A DNA stretch of 64,000 bases from a virus (Duplodnaviria > Heunggongvirae > Uroviricota > Caudoviricetes): positions 195,486-259,485 of IMG/VR virus record IMGVR_UViG_3300030332_001481; one strand, 5' to 3'. This document shows, piece by piece, positions 39,598-51,325 of the stretch. Position numbers and translations under genes: made by a program. Position 1 is the stretch's first letter; each line of letters opens with the position of its first letter. The notes beneath the pieces are model-generated. The model searched no databases. It worked only from the letters and a program-made list of their open reading frames with translations, and had not been told where the DNA came from.

Positions 39598-40212
39598 TCA
39601 GAACATTGAAGAGCTGGGCTTGGTGACTAGGGAGATCCCAGGAGGTGGCTCCCCGAATTGCTCGATCGCGTTCTTCCAGAACTCACGGTTCTGGGCAACT
39701 CGGTCACGGCGGTAGCTGTATCGTTCCTCCGCGTTGCGTAGCTGGAAGGCAGCTGACCTCAGCTCTGACTGCTTGTACTCTTCGTAGTCCATGATGGGCT
39801 GGAAACCACTAAAAGTCTCTTCACGTACCAGTTTTTCGTGCCACTCGATTTGGTCCCGAAGAATGGGAGGTGCTTTGTCGTACGCCTTGCGAGCCTGCTT
39901 TCGCATCGACTCCAAACGCCCCCTACGCAGCCCTTCTTCGTGCCACGCGGCGCGCTTGTCGTTCCACTCCCTCGTGCGTCGGCAGTAATCCTCGTACTCC
40001 TCTCGGAGTTGCTCTTCCGACTTCGCTTCTTGTACGGCAAGCTCAGCCCGCTCTATGTCGACCTTTTGCTGCTCGTACTCCTCATCCCACTCGAAACGGA
40101 CAAGGGGCTCATCCGGATAACCCCGGCGGTTGAGGGACACTATGTGCCAGAAGAAGTCCTTGTACTCCGTGATCTTACCTTCAGCGACAGGGTCAGTGAA
40201 TTCGTCGAACAT
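39598..40212 (-). CDS. coiled-coil hypothetical protein
   Basis: 204 aa, Glu/Arg-rich. Confidence 0.65.
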   Translation of the reverse strand: MFDEFTDPVAEGKITEYKDFFWHIVSLNRRGYPDEPLVRFEWDEEYEQQKVDIERAELAVQEAKSEEQLREEYEDYCRRTREWNDKRAAWHEEGLRRGRLESMRKQARKAYDKAPPILRDQIEWHEKLVREETFSGFQPIMDYEEYKQSELRSAAFQLRNAEERYSYRRDRVAQNREFWKNAIEQFGEPPPGISLVTKPSSSMF

Positions 40213-41057
40213 CTTCTATTCCTCTTCCTCTTCGGGGTACGGGCCGTACTCGGAATGCTGCCCCAAAGTGAAGCCCTCGGCATAGCCTTGGGCAAAGCCA
40301 GAATCAATAAGAGTTTGGGACAATTCGGAGTGGTGCCGCCATTTATCAAGCAACAGCCATACCGCACAGGCTAGCTGTAGCCACGCCCACCCGGTGCGGC
40401 CTTCCCCAAAGTTCAGACCTGCACCGAACGCCATGATGGCTGCCCAGGTCATTTGAAAGGGGGAACCCCACCGATCGAACCAGTAGAGAACGCGCTCCAG
40501 GTTGTTGTAGAACCAGACTTTGATCTTCCGGGGGATTACTCGCATGGGATTGTCACATTCTGACCATTTGGGAAGTAGTAGTTGATGCTGAAATTCTCGA
40601 TGAGCACGCGCTCCGCTCGCGACCACAACCTCAGGTTTTGGTTGGGCACGTACGCGTATTTAGCGGGCAGTGGCTCTGAGGGCCCATCTCTGTCCTTGAG
40701 AACGATCATGGTGTCTCCGACATGAGCCGCTGGGGCGGCTCGCAATGCAGTTGCTTGGGTGGTGTCTCCACCTGAACCTGCAGGAACGAAACCTTGTGTG
40801 GTTGGGGCGACATGAGGTGTTTGTACGTCACAATGTACGCACCCAAGGCGCAGCCCAAGATGACGAGGACGAGGGCTCTCAGGCGATAGATCATGTTATC
40901 CCTGAGAGCCTCAAGGTTCGCAGCCGCGTCGGCCTCTAACGCTTCCACCTGACATTTGAGGTACTCGACCTGGCTTCGCAGTGCCGTGACAGGGTCTGAG
41001 CGGTAGGGTCCTGGGTCAGGTGGTGCGGGCGGAAGCGGGGGAATAGGATCGATCATA

Positions 41058-41738
41058 TTACTCCTCTACGACCACGAGGTCGCGGTCCGGGTGTTTTGCG
41101 CGGAAGTCTTCAAGACTCAGTTCCCAGTACGAGAAGAAGTCTCTGTGGTCTGGGTAGTGCGTGGAGAGCCACGTAGCTACTTCGTCGAAGTCTGTCCCCT
41201 GCTTGAAGAAGTCATTGTCGTCGGCACTGAAGGTGAACTCTTTCAGTACGAGGACCATCCCTGGCTGCTGCTCCTTCCGCGGGAGGGAAGCCTCTACACG
41301 CACATGAAGAATGCCTTTGTCGTAGTCTCTGTATGACTTGCAGGCATTGATTCGACGCGCCGGGCTCATACCCGCTCGCCGATCGTAGATCGCAGCTTTG
41401 TAGAACATCCCGAGACGATGGAAGCCCCTGTCATCGACAACAACGCTGTACATGTCGTGAGCCACCGCGCGCTTACTCCACCCAGAAGGAAGAGTAACCG
41501 GGCGGAAGATCGGGTCGTCTGGGTAAGGTTCCCCGAACTCGAACCCAAGAGACTCTAGTCCTGCCTCGACGTAAGCATCATCCCAGGGGTACAGGTCCTC
41601 CCACTTCGTAGGGAGACTGTTACTCTGGACGAGCTGCAGCTGCCCACGGGCCTCTTGTCTTTCGATAGCTCCCTCTTCTCCTCCCGAGAAGATTTCCAGC
41701 AGTAGCAGAGACCCATCTTCCTTGTCCGGCTTTTCCAT
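41058..41738 (-). CDS. hypothetical phage protein (FYKAAxYDR motif)
   Basis: AAGGAGG RBS directly after the promoter at 41760-41775. Confidence 0.8.
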   Translation of the reverse strand: MEKPDKEDGSLLLLEIFSGGEEGAIERQEARGQLQLVQSNSLPTKWEDLYPWDDAYVEAGLESLGFEFGEPYPDDPIFRPVTLPSGWSKRAVAHDMYSVVVDDRGFHRLGMFYKAAIYDRRAGMSPARRINACKSYRDYDKGILHVRVEASLPRKEQQPGMVLVLKEFTFSADDNDFFKQGTDFDEVATWLSTHYPDHRDFFSYWELSLEDFRAKHPDRDLVVVEE

Positions 41739-42482
41739 GTTTCCTCCTTCTCTACTCTCTAGTATGGCCAGGGTTGGTCAGTCGCATTCGGAGTCGCCGA
41801 GGTAACCTCTCGACGGGTCTCGCTGGTACGCGTCCCACACAGTCCCATCCACCGTCATGCCGTCGTAGACGGGTGTGGTTCTAGCCTTCGCTTCGTCCAT
41901 GAGGACAACCTCGTAGTCCTCCGGGGCCGGGATCTCCGACTCGTCGAGTTCGTACACGTTCCTGAGGTACTCGTCTACGACGCTCACGGCGTCCTCTTCG
42001 TCGTAAGCGTGTACCCAATACTGTACATGCCCATCGTCCAGGGAGTAGATCTTTTTGGTCTGCTCAGTCATTCTCTGGCTCCTTGAAGTTGTTGAACTTA
42101 CGGAACTCTTCCCAGTTGGACATCCACTCCGTGGGGTCCCAGGGGTATTCACCATCCCTATGTGCCTGCATCTCCTCTTCCGTGGCGAGGCGGCACTCAT
42201 CGATGATGACCTCTTCGTCGTAATCGTAACCGTAATAGGTCCAGAGCTTGTAGTGCTCCAGGTGGAAGTCGACTACGTGAACTCCGTCCTTGAAGTCATA
42301 TCCCACGAAGTAATGGTACAGCTCCTGGCAATCCTCCATGTACTCCAACGGGGCACCAATACTGTCCAGGACAATGTGGACTCCAGCAGTACTGGCGATT
42401 AGGGCTCTTGCGTCTTTCCTGCGCCACTCAGGCTGAAGACGCGAATCCTCTGCCCCTTGGATCCCAGTCGAGGTGGTGAGTT

Positions 42483-43343
42483 TCATGCTCTGTCCAAATC
42501 ATCCTGGAGCCTAGAAATGGCCTCTTCTGATCGCTGAATGTGCAGCCATATCTGCTCAATCTCTGCGCGCATGTCATCGAGCGTCAGTGTGCGCCGGTAC
42601 GCCTGCTGGGCAGCTTTGTTCGCTAGTTGTACATCGTAGGGCTTTGGCTCGTGCAGGTACTTCCAGCAAGTGTCAGAAACTTCGTCCAGTGCACTCAACG
42701 CGTTCCACAGATCTTCATCGTCTACAGACAGGTTCGCGTTGGCGTTGTTGTTGATGACATCCTGCGCCACTGTGTGGAGCGCACGCAGGTGGGAGCGGAG
42801 CGTTTTGTTCTCTTCTTCGAGTAGTAAAAGAGTGACGTAGTCGCCCTCCAACATCTCATCAGGTCCGGCCTTGATGCGAAGCCTTTCAACTTCCTGCAGG
42901 AGGGCCTCACGTTCCTCGCGTAGCTGCCCAACCTCGGCGCGCAGGTCATCACGGTCGCCTTCTGCCGTTACTTCCTTGACTGCCTCCTCGGCTGCCTGCG
43001 CTGTTTTGGCTTTTACCTTGGCGCCCATCTGGGACAAGTTTCGCTTCCATTCAGGCCACTCGGACACCTGATCTTCAGCCCGCTCCGCCGCTGTCAGTAC
43101 CTGGTCCAAGTTCACGGTACGTGGTTTCTGGGGCCCATCACGTAGCGCAACCACCTGCTCCAAGGCATGCGATACCGATACGTCCATCGCGCTAGCAACG
43201 ATCTCTAGGTCTTGCCAAGAGACGCCCTTCAGTGTGTACGGTGAGTGACTTCCCGGGTCATACCATTCGTTCCCTACCCGGTACCATCCCTCCGCTACCA
43301 TGTAGCGTTCCACATCGTCCGTGGTGATGTCGTACTTACTCAT
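42483..43343 (-). CDS. coiled-coil hypothetical protein
   Basis: 286 aa, AAGGAG RBS. Confidence 0.7.
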   Translation of the reverse strand: MSKYDITTDDVERYMVAEGWYRVGNEWYDPGSHSPYTLKGVSWQDLEIVASAMDVSVSHALEQVVALRDGPQKPRTVNLDQVLTAAERAEDQVSEWPEWKRNLSQMGAKVKAKTAQAAEEAVKEVTAEGDRDDLRAEVGQLREEREALLQEVERLRIKAGPDEMLEGDYVTLLLLEEENKTLRSHLRALHTVAQDVINNNANANLSVDDEDLWNALSALDEVSDTCWKYLHEPKPYDVQLANKAAQQAYRRTLTLDDMRAEIEQIWLHIQRSEEAISRLQDDLDRA

Positions 43344-45792
43344 GACGTCTCCTTGTCATCCCCGTAGATGTCTACTGTACGAGACCCGCCTCCGTGCTCT
43401 GCACACGCCATGATCACGTAGGATGATCCCACGATGAAGAGGCAGCAGCCGCACTCCTCTTCTTCGAGGTCTGGGACTCCTGATTTAGTGGGTGCTACTT
43501 GGTCCACTTATCGGCTCCCAGTTCGGTCCAATACGTACGACCTGTCCGTTGTTCACGCAGGTGCAGACGCGCTCTCCGTAGTCTGCGTTCAGGCGCGCGG
43601 AACCCGTGCTCTCGCAGAATATGCGGCACTGGTAACTGTACTCAGATTGGTCCGACATTTTGAACAGCGAATGCGCAAACCCGTTGAGGGCAATGACAAA
43701 GACCAAACCACCTAAGATGAACATCCAGTTCGCCTTGATCTTAGACCGCAGGCTCGGCTTTGCCTCCGCCTCAGCTGCTGTCGATGTAGCTGGCTCGCGG
43801 TACGGGCTCGTCACACCCACTCCGCGTTGATGCCTAGCAGCCCCAGGAGTAGAACCGGATCGAAGTCCTCGTCCGGGTGACCCTCTGCCAGCTGTTCGGG
43901 CTCCTTCTCCTCGTCAGTCACGGTCGGGTAGATGTACCACTGGTCGTTTTCGACCATGACAGGCCCAGCCTCGCCTCGCGCCTGCGCTTCCTTGATCTTG
44001 GCAAGGACAGTCTTGACGGAGTCGGTGTCTTCGATCTTCATCGTCATTCGTCGAGCCCCTTGAGAAACGCTTCCACCTTAGCTGCCATGTATTCATGGGA
44101 GGTCACACAGTTCGCCATAAGGCGATCCAAGAAGTACTCGGGATCGTCGTACTCGTACAGGGGGAGTTCGAAGTCCACGTACACGTTCATAGAATCACCG
44201 GGAGGATTCTTGTCGAAGTCCTGCTTCCTCATACATTCCATGTACCAGTTGGCAAGACTGACGGGGTTGGCCTCGTACACTATACCGTCCAAGACGTAGC
44301 ACACTCTGCCGATCTCCTTCTCCACAGGAGAAGAGTCGTCCTCCAGAGATGCAGCGTACTGCTCCCGGAGGTCGACGACAGCGTCGTGTCCCCTCAGCGT
44401 GGTGGTGAAACCCAACTCGATGATCTCCTCAATGGAGATGTCCTGTGTCTTGTCACTCATGTTCCGTGCCCTCTTTGTCCGAATTGAAGACTACCCACTG
44501 CATGCTTTTCGCCTGCACCAGTTCCTTCTCGTATTCACTTTTGACCCACGCGAGTAGACGCACCAGTCCTACTAGGACTTCCTCTCTGTCGGCCCCTGCA
44601 GCCAGCGCCATGTCTACGTATGAATTCACCACCGCATCCTTGCGGTACAACTTGTCAAGCTCTTCGGGTAAGACCTCATCTAGGTTTGTCATCGTCAGCC
44701 TTTCCTGTGTCCTGTTTACAGCGTGAGACACCACCGCAGGAAGGCCCACCGACTGTTCTCGATGGGCACTACCTCCCGAGCTGAGGCGTCTTCCATCCAA
44801 GCACAGTACCGGCACCTCGGCGTATCAGACGAAAAAGGCCAGTCCCGGACAAAGTCAACGGGACCGACCTTACACCCACAAACTCGACAAGATTCCTTTG
44901 TCGGCTTGGCAGACACTCTATAGGCCATGGCTAACTCATGGATTCCTCGGGCGCGTACTCCAGGTCGTGGGGCCAAACCCAGAGAGCGCAATCTGCATAG
45001 AATGCACGTGAACGAACTAGCAGTGCGCCGTTGTTGTAGTTCACCTTCTCGATGTTGCACGGCAGCGTTCCATGCAGCACAACCCGGTCGCCCACCTTGA
45101 ACTTCGGCTCTTGCCCTACTGAGGACGTCTCTGGCGGGCCCTCCACGAGCCGCTGCGCCTCCATGGCTCGTGCGATCTGCGCAGCCCCCTCGCGAGCCAT
45201 GCCGGCGACATGGTCGAAAATGACTTGCACCGCACGCCCACGAAGCCACGCCTCCTTCCACGCCGCGATGGCGCCCTCGCGAGTGGGGTGAGAGCCCGAG
45301 ACCCCACTATCGTTCACCTCTCCACAGGCGCCCCACCGGACCTCATTATGATACATGAACTGCCATACATGCTCTGGCTCCGGCGCGATCCAGAGAAGGC
45401 TCTCGCCATCGTCTCGGTGCTCACACCCGTAGGCGTATGGAGTGTAGGCGTTACCGCCGCAGTAGATGCAGGTCACTGTGTGTGCTCCTTTGCGATTCTC
45501 TTTGCTACTTCGAGGTCTTCGTCTTCTACGGTTTCACCGAGAGTTCCCCAGATAGCACCTCTCACCCAAGCGTTTACACACTCGTTGTAGAGGCGATGGT
45601 TCCAGAGTTCATGGGTGATTCCGGCGATGATAACGGCAGCGAAGAAGAGTGCAAAACCGGAGAGAGACTCTCCCCGTTCCAAACGATGCCCTGCACTGCA
45701 GGCCACATCAAGAGCAAGCCATAGCAGGATCATCTGCACATACCCATTACGGTAAGCTTTAGTGAGTAGAGACTTAGCCGACTTCAGTAGTT

Positions 45793-46377
45793 TCATTTGT
45801 GGCCCTTTGTGTAGCTCAACGTCAATGCTAGTTCTTTCACAGCGGCCTCGGTGATGCCACCTATCCCACCAAGACCACTTACCGCCTCACGCCAGTGAGT
45901 GTATTCCGAGGCACGCAGCCCTGCCATCGCCAGGAGAAGCTGCTCGTCGTCTCCTGCAACATTGTGTAGCCGCCACGAGAGATCCTGCAGACCAAGACGA
46001 TCGCCGTTCCAGTTGCGTAGCTGACGCATAGCCTTTTCGGCGATGGAAGACTGTACACGCGTGTACAGGTCTCGTTCCACGTAGTAGGTCAGCACCCCAC
46101 CTATGCGCAGCACCGGGGCTTGTTCTACGCCCTCTTCTTTGGCGTCAGCGGCAGTCAGGTGAATGAACAAATGCCCTGTGCGCGCTGGTACTGGGTATGG
46201 CAGCAGGGTGCCGTACCCTTCAATCCATTCACACATAGACATGGGCTCGTCAGAGATGATATCCAGTGTATTAGGGTCTAGGTGGAGGCCGTATTCGTCT
46301 ACGCAAATCGGACCACTCGCTGCCGGAGTCATCTCATCCGTTACCCGGCCGTGGAAACCTACAGCAAACGCTGTCAT
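45793..46377 (-). CDS. hypothetical protein
   Basis: 194-aa coupled ORF. Confidence 0.6.
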   Translation of the reverse strand: MTAFAVGFHGRVTDEMTPAASGPICVDEYGLHLDPNTLDIISDEPMSMCEWIEGYGTLLPYPVPARTGHLFIHLTAADAKEEGVEQAPVLRIGGVLTYYVERDLYTRVQSSIAEKAMRQLRNWNGDRLGLQDLSWRLHNVAGDDEQLLLAMAGLRASEYTHWREAVSGLGGIGGITEAAVKELALTLSYTKGHK

Positions 46378-46863
46378 TCACTCCCACCTTTCTGGAGGTA
46401 GGTATAGCCGGTACATATGCACATGTACGCCGATTTCCGCCGGGCCTTTGATAGTCACCCTGTACTGGCCGCACCGGGGACCTCCGCCGTTACCCTCAGA
46501 CGGAGTGAGGGTCCAGTCTCCAGTTCCGTGCTCCTCCACCACGTCCCAACGGCTTTGACCAATGACTACAGTCTTGTCCGCGTTCTCGCAGGTCCACCCT
46601 TTGTCTGACATCTTCCAGACTTCCATCCTGGTGGCTAGAAGGTCCTTCCCTGAATCGAACAGTCCGTACCATGGGCGGCTCATGTACAGCGGAGGAGGGA
46701 CTCGCCAAGGAGAGTTACCGTCTAGGATGTACCTCAGTAGACCGCCTCGCAAAGAATGCGATGCATCGTTCCTGAGGTTGTCTAGGTTTAACTTTCCCTC
46801 GCTGTGGACTACCTCCATCCAGAGGATGACGGAGTTGAGGAAGTTGTTGTCTGTGAGTTTCAT
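46378..46863 (-). CDS. hypothetical protein
   Basis: 161-aa ORF. Confidence 0.6.
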   Translation of the reverse strand: MKLTDNNFLNSVILWMEVVHSEGKLNLDNLRNDASHSLRGGLLRYILDGNSPWRVPPPLYMSRPWYGLFDSGKDLLATRMEVWKMSDKGWTCENADKTVVIGQSRWDVVEEHGTGDWTLTPSEGNGGGPRCGQYRVTIKGPAEIGVHVHMYRLYLPPERWE

Positions 46864-46882
46864 TGTGCGTTGCCTGTATTGG

Positions 46883-47635
46883 TCATCGGTTGCCTGTATT
46901 GGTCATCGGGTGGTCAGCCACGCTGAACACCCACACGTAGGGGTTATACTTCCAGTCCATGGACGTGTTCCTGTACTTGCGATGCCACAGTACAGCAAAC
47001 GCGTAGGAAGGTGACGTCCACGCGAAGTTGGCAGTCTTGATGGATCCATCAGGCTCCTTGATTTCAAACGGAGCCCCGGCTAGAGTTTCTGTGGTTACTC
47101 CCTCTGCGGCGAGCCCCTCCGGGTCTCTTTCGACATCGTGGAGTTTCTCTACACGTACGTCAGTGACGACCTTGCGGATTCGTGAGGTCCACTTGGGCAT
47201 GTGCGAAGAGGGCCTGAGAACTCCCGGCTCAGCTTCACCCTCTGACCAACCGTCTAACCACTCAACGTCTGTGGTCCTGGTCGTGGGCGTGGGTCGGGCT
47301 GGCCTGCGACTGTACCCGTCAGCCTCGTACATGATTGGAGGTACAACCTCAGCGTCAGACAGCTTCACACCATCGAGAGTGTTTACTGTCCTGAAGGATT
47401 CCCTTCCGTAGATGACGTCACCCGGGTGAAAGGGAGGCATCACCAACTGCGGGCTTTGAAGCTTGTACCTCACGTCAACCGCGCTGGGATTGACCAACGA
47501 GGGAACCACCTCAGTGACGTCCGCACCACTGGGATGGTCAGGTATGCTTACAGGAGACCGAAACACGGTCTTGGTGCCTGAGGCAAAGGCAGCAGCCTCC
47601 CACGGCTTCAGCGCGAGGAAACGGGTTCTAGTCAT
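46883..47635 (-). CDS. ASCH/PUA-like phage protein
   Basis: GTKTVFR, PGDVIYGRE, PSSHMPKWTSRI, VRVEKLHD, AEG, W..NPYVWV. Confidence 0.75.
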   Translation of the reverse strand: MTRTRFLALKPWEAAAFASGTKTVFRSPVSIPDHPSGADVTEVVPSLVNPSAVDVRYKLQSPQLVMPPFHPGDVIYGRESFRTVNTLDGVKLSDAEVVPPIMYEADGYSRRPARPTPTTRTTDVEWLDGWSEGEAEPGVLRPSSHMPKWTSRIRKVVTDVRVEKLHDVERDPEGLAAEGVTTETLAGAPFEIKEPDGSIKTANFAWTSPSYAFAVLWHRKYRNTSMDWKYNPYVWVFSVADHPMTNTGNR

Positions 47636-48524
47636 GGGTATTTAATACTTGCATGGGTTTTGCCTACAATGGCGTCAGTGGCTATCCCATTTTTGCCTGG
47701 TGGTATTTTCACTGGGGATGCCAATGGGATTACGCACACCCTGCGTTTACTGACGCATGGCTGAGAACAGTAAAAATGACTGTAGAGGTGACTCTCACTG
47801 CCTGTAAGGACGTTTAGGTTGTAACGTCCTAGGGCTTTTCCGCAGCTAATACAACTGTGTTCCATGAGGGTCTTAATGTATTTTCTGGAACTCATGGAGC
47901 TATCTCTAGTCTAGCCCGTCCCTCGTCGTATGTTCTCAGGTGGTACGTCGTGACCTCGCCCGTGATGCACTCGCAAGTGTCGTCGATCCAACTATTAGAG
48001 ACGTAGAGAGAACCCTGCCAACGGCAAAACTTCCGACAGTCGCCCTGATGCACGGAAGCTCCGGCCGCCGCGTAGACAATCACGCCTACTGCCGCTGCTC
48101 CCACGATGATTGCCGCGCCCTTGGCCACGTCACGCCAGCGACGCGACCACCAGGTACTGAGCTTCTTTCTAGTCGTCATCAACCACAGTCCTGTCTAGGC
48201 TACGCTGGATGGTATCCTGGAGCTTGATCAGGACTGCACGTCCCGGGTCTCGCTCGTCGCTTGGGGAGCGCATGTCCAAAATCTCCAGTGCCCGTGCGAT
48301 CTCGGGGGCGGCGTTGCGCAGAACTGAAATGAGCGTGGCGTCGGTGCCTACCATGTCCAGCTCAGACCACACTCCCTTGACCAGGTACTGCTCCAAGGTG
48401 CCCTCTTCGAACGTAACAGGGCCTCCCAGCTTCTGGCTGGTGGTGCGCTTGATCCGGGCCCGCCACGGGGCCTGGTGGGTCTTGCGGTGAAGTTCAATCA
48501 GAGATTTTGAAGGTGAGGTCATAG

Positions 48525-49091
48525 TCAGTTGCACCCACAGGCATAGATGTAGCCCTCACACTTAGGGCAAGTGTAGGTTGAGAGTGCTTTCTGGGCCTCT
48601 GCGATCTGTGCCCAAGCCTTTTGAGGGTCGTTGGTGTGCTTGTAGGCATCTCTGCCCGCCCATGCCATTGACAGCTTCAACGCGTCGTAGAGACGTGAAC
48701 TGACTCCCTTGAAGTTCACAACCAGTGGCTCCGCAGCCTTGTGGATGTGCTTCATCACAGCCTCAGCTTCCGAGGGCTGCTCCTCCGTGATCTTGGCCTG
48801 CAGCTCATCCACCAGCTTGTCCCGCAGACTCAACAAGTTCCTGTACATGTGAGTCCCCATCAGCAGACAAGTGAGGGCATCCAGGGTCGTATCGTTACGC
48901 CCAAGGAGCAGGCCAAACGTAGCGTTGAGGACAGAGAGCCCCGTAGAGCTAGCAGTGAGGGTGAAGACATCCTGGCAGAGGAGGAGGAGCAGCTCGTCGT
49001 CCTCCACGTCTGGGGTGGTTGCAACCTCCAGGATGCGCTCACCGCATCTCTCTAGGTCTCGAATGGAGACAGTCTTACGAATAGGGTCCAT
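48525..49091 (-). CDS. hypothetical protein with a C-terminal CxxC
   Basis: 188-aa ORF. Confidence 0.6.
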   Translation of the reverse strand: MDPIRKTVSIRDLERCGERILEVATTPDVEDDELLLLLCQDVFTLTASSTGLSVLNATFGLLLGRNDTTLDALTCLLMGTHMYRNLLSLRDKLVDELQAKITEEQPSEAEAVMKHIHKAAEPLVVNFKGVSSRLYDALKLSMAWAGRDAYKHTNDPQKAWAQIAEAQKALSTYTCPKCEGYIYACGCN

Positions 49092-49533
49092 CGGTAACCT
49101 CCCGCAGGGGTTGCAGTTCAGCGATCACCTTGCTGAGGTGCTGAGCTGCCCGCTCAAGCTTCTGCGATTCTGCGTAGTGATCGACCAGTATCGTGTTACT
49201 GGGCGCTGGACGAGTTTGATCTCTATTGGCGCTTGACAGGAACAGATATCTGTTCCTGTCAATGTGAGTTAGCGTCAAGCCTCCGCCTGAAAAACGCCAA
49301 CGCCCCTTGTCACTGCGCTCGTTTAGTAGTACCTTTAGGCAGGCGATGTAGGCATCCACTGAGGTCATAGAGACCAAGACGCTTATGTTCTCCCCCGCAG
49401 CTACGTGGTCCAAGGCCGTCCGTAACAGATCGGTGGTCTTACCGGACCGCGGTTTGGCGTCTAGTACTTGTCTTCGCCGGGTAATGGCGACCATGAGGTC
49501 CAGCGCCAGGGAATAGGGGTGCCGATCGGTCAC
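49075..49533 (-). CDS. small P-loop-like protein
   Basis: AKPRSGKTT Walker A-like motif; ILVD Walker B-like motif. Confidence 0.5.
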   Translation of the reverse strand: MTDRHPYSLALDLMVAITRRRQVLDAKPRSGKTTDLLRTALDHVAAGENISVLVSMTSVDAYIACLKVLLNERSDKGRWRFSGGGLTLTHIDRNRYLFLSSANRDQTRPAPSNTILVDHYAESQKLERAAQHLSKVIAELQPLREVTDGPYS

Positions 49534-49911
49534 TTCTTCTCTTTTCGCGTCGTGTCTGCGATCTTCCGCTTGCGGTACTCAGAGTACTTCCAGCGGGCTC
49601 GGCGTGCGGCATTCGCAGCCGCCTTCAGTACCTCGGTGCCTACCGTGTAACCCACGGCCGAGGCGGCTCCGTTCAGGATCGTCTTGGCAATCGTCACTCT
49701 ACTTCTCCAGTATGGCCAGGGTTGGGGTCGAGGGGCCCAGTCACACTCCCACTGGCCCCGCTGAACTGTGGGAGGTTCTTCATCGCCTCCTTCAGCTGTT
49801 CTAGCGCCCGTTGGATCTGCTCCCTCTCCTCCACTACCTTGGCGGCCTCAAGGACCACTGACGGTAGGTCAATCAGATCCATGTCTAGTGAGTAGTCGTT
49901 GTGCTTGGTCA

Positions 49912-50508
49912 TCAGCTACGTACCTTTCGACTCTTGGTGATCTCATCGACAAGACCAAACTTCACGGCCTCCTCCGCATTGAACCAGGAGTCTCTGTCCA
50001 TGGCCTTCTTGATCTGACGCAGAGTCTTTCCCGTACTCTTGGCGAGGCACTCCATGATGTAGCGGTTCAGCCGCTTGCCCTCTGCGACACTGATCTCCAT
50101 GTCGCTCATGGTTCCTCTCGCCCCCGAGGAGATCTGGTGAATCAGCATTCTGGAGCTGGGGAGGATGCGACGATACCCAGGCTCACCCGCAGCCATGAGA
50201 AACGCCCCCATCGAAGCAGCATTTCCCACGCACACAGTGTGCACAGGGCAGCTGATCAGATTCATCGTGTCGTAGATGGCAAGACCTGCGTCGGCAGTCC
50301 CACCAGGACTCTGGATGTACATCGTGATAGCCTCATCCGGCTCGGTCGCCTCAAGAATCAGCAGCTGGGCTACGATGACATTAGCAACCTTGTCGTCGAT
50401 TTCGGACCCAAGGAAAACAATGCGGTCCGCAAGAAGGCGAGTCCACATGTCGAAGCCGCGCTCACGGCCGTTGATACTCTCAATGATAGAAGGGAACGGA
50501 ATACTCAT
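49912..50508 (-). CDS. clpP: ATP-dependent Clp protease proteolytic subunit
   Basis: RLLADRIVFLG, YIQSPGG, AASMGA (Ser), IHQ (His), DRD (Asp), FGLVD. Confidence 0.95.
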   Translation of the reverse strand: MSIPFPSIIESINGRERGFDMWTRLLADRIVFLGSEIDDKVANVIVAQLLILEATEPDEAITMYIQSPGGTADAGLAIYDTMNLISCPVHTVCVGNAASMGAFLMAAGEPGYRRILPSSRMLIHQISSGARGTMSDMEISVAEGKRLNRYIMECLAKSTGKTLRQIKKAMDRDSWFNAEEAVKFGLVDEITKSRKVRS

Positions 50509-50553
50509 CGTTACTTTCTCCGGTAATCTAGTGCGTAGGGGGTAGTAACCTAC

Positions 50554-51111
50554 TTACAGGTCTCTCGTGACGGTGGCCTTCCACTCCGCAAAGGCTTGCG
50601 TAGCTTTTCTGGTTCTGTAGGCCATCTCCAGCCGCTGTGACGACTGTGACAAGGAGTCGTCTCGGTACGACTCCGCGGCAGCCAGCAGCATATCCTTTGC
50701 CATATCAGTGCAAGATGTACACTGTGCAGTATTGGACAGTTGTTCCGCTACTTCGGAGACGGAAGCCCAAATCACACAGTGTCCGTGGTGGTTGGTCCAT
50801 TCCTCCAGTACGGCAAATGCCAGGTTCCTGACGCAGTGAGAGTACTCATCTCCACGCTCCTCCCACCCATCACTGATTCGCCACATCAGCCAAAGGTACA
50901 GGCCCTGGTCGGGCTCGCTATCTAGGTTGTGAAGCTTCGAGATGATAGAGAGAAGGTCTCCATGCTCACGCTCCATGGAGTATCGTTGGTACTCCATCTT
51001 CTCAACGCGCTCCTGGAGTAGCTCCGAAAATAGATTTGCCATTTCCTTACCTGCTTTCACGGCAAAGCCGTAGTTTCTGTGCGCGCGTGAGTTGCTTGAT
51101 AGCATACTCAC
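50554..51111 (-). CDS. hypothetical protein
   Basis: 185-aa ORF; the start may lie further in. Confidence 0.55.
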   Translation of the reverse strand: MSMLSSNSRAHRNYGFAVKAGKEMANLFSELLQERVEKMEYQRYSMEREHGDLLSIISKLHNLDSEPDQGLYLWLMWRISDGWEERGDEYSHCVRNLAFAVLEEWTNHHGHCVIWASVSEVAEQLSNTAQCTSCTDMAKDMLLAAAESYRDDSLSQSSQRLEMAYRTRKATQAFAEWKATVTRDL

Positions 51112-51325
51112 GCTTCATTGCATCACTCTTGGAGGACAGCTCCTCCCAGTACACCAGCTTTACAGGGCAGCGGGAGCGTGTGTATTTAGCACCGCTCCCG
51201 CTGTTGTGTTTCGCTACGCGTCTCTGTAGGTCTGTAGTCCAGCCGCAGTAGAGTGACCCGTCATTGCACTCGACCAGGTAGACAAAGAAATCACCAGTCG
51301 AGATTGCTGTAGGTTTGCTGCTCAT
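51047..51325 (-). CDS. GIY-YIG nuclease (YhbQ/UPF0213-like)
   Basis: FVYLVEC.DGSLYCGWTTDL.RR...HNSG.GAKYTR...A.KRE..IK. Confidence 0.9.
   Translation of the reverse strand: MSSKPTAISTGDFFVYLVECNDGSLYCGWTTDLQRRVAKHNSGSGAKYTRSRCPVKLVYWEELSSKSDAMKREYAIKQLTRAQKLRLCRESR

Noticed and set aside
49075-49533. Terminase or helicase ATPase
   Set aside because: Only 152 aa with a weak Walker B; too short to assign
49912-50508. ClpP as a prohead protease marking a structural module
   Set aside because: No terminase, portal or capsid genes nearby, and the sequence is canonical host-type ClpP
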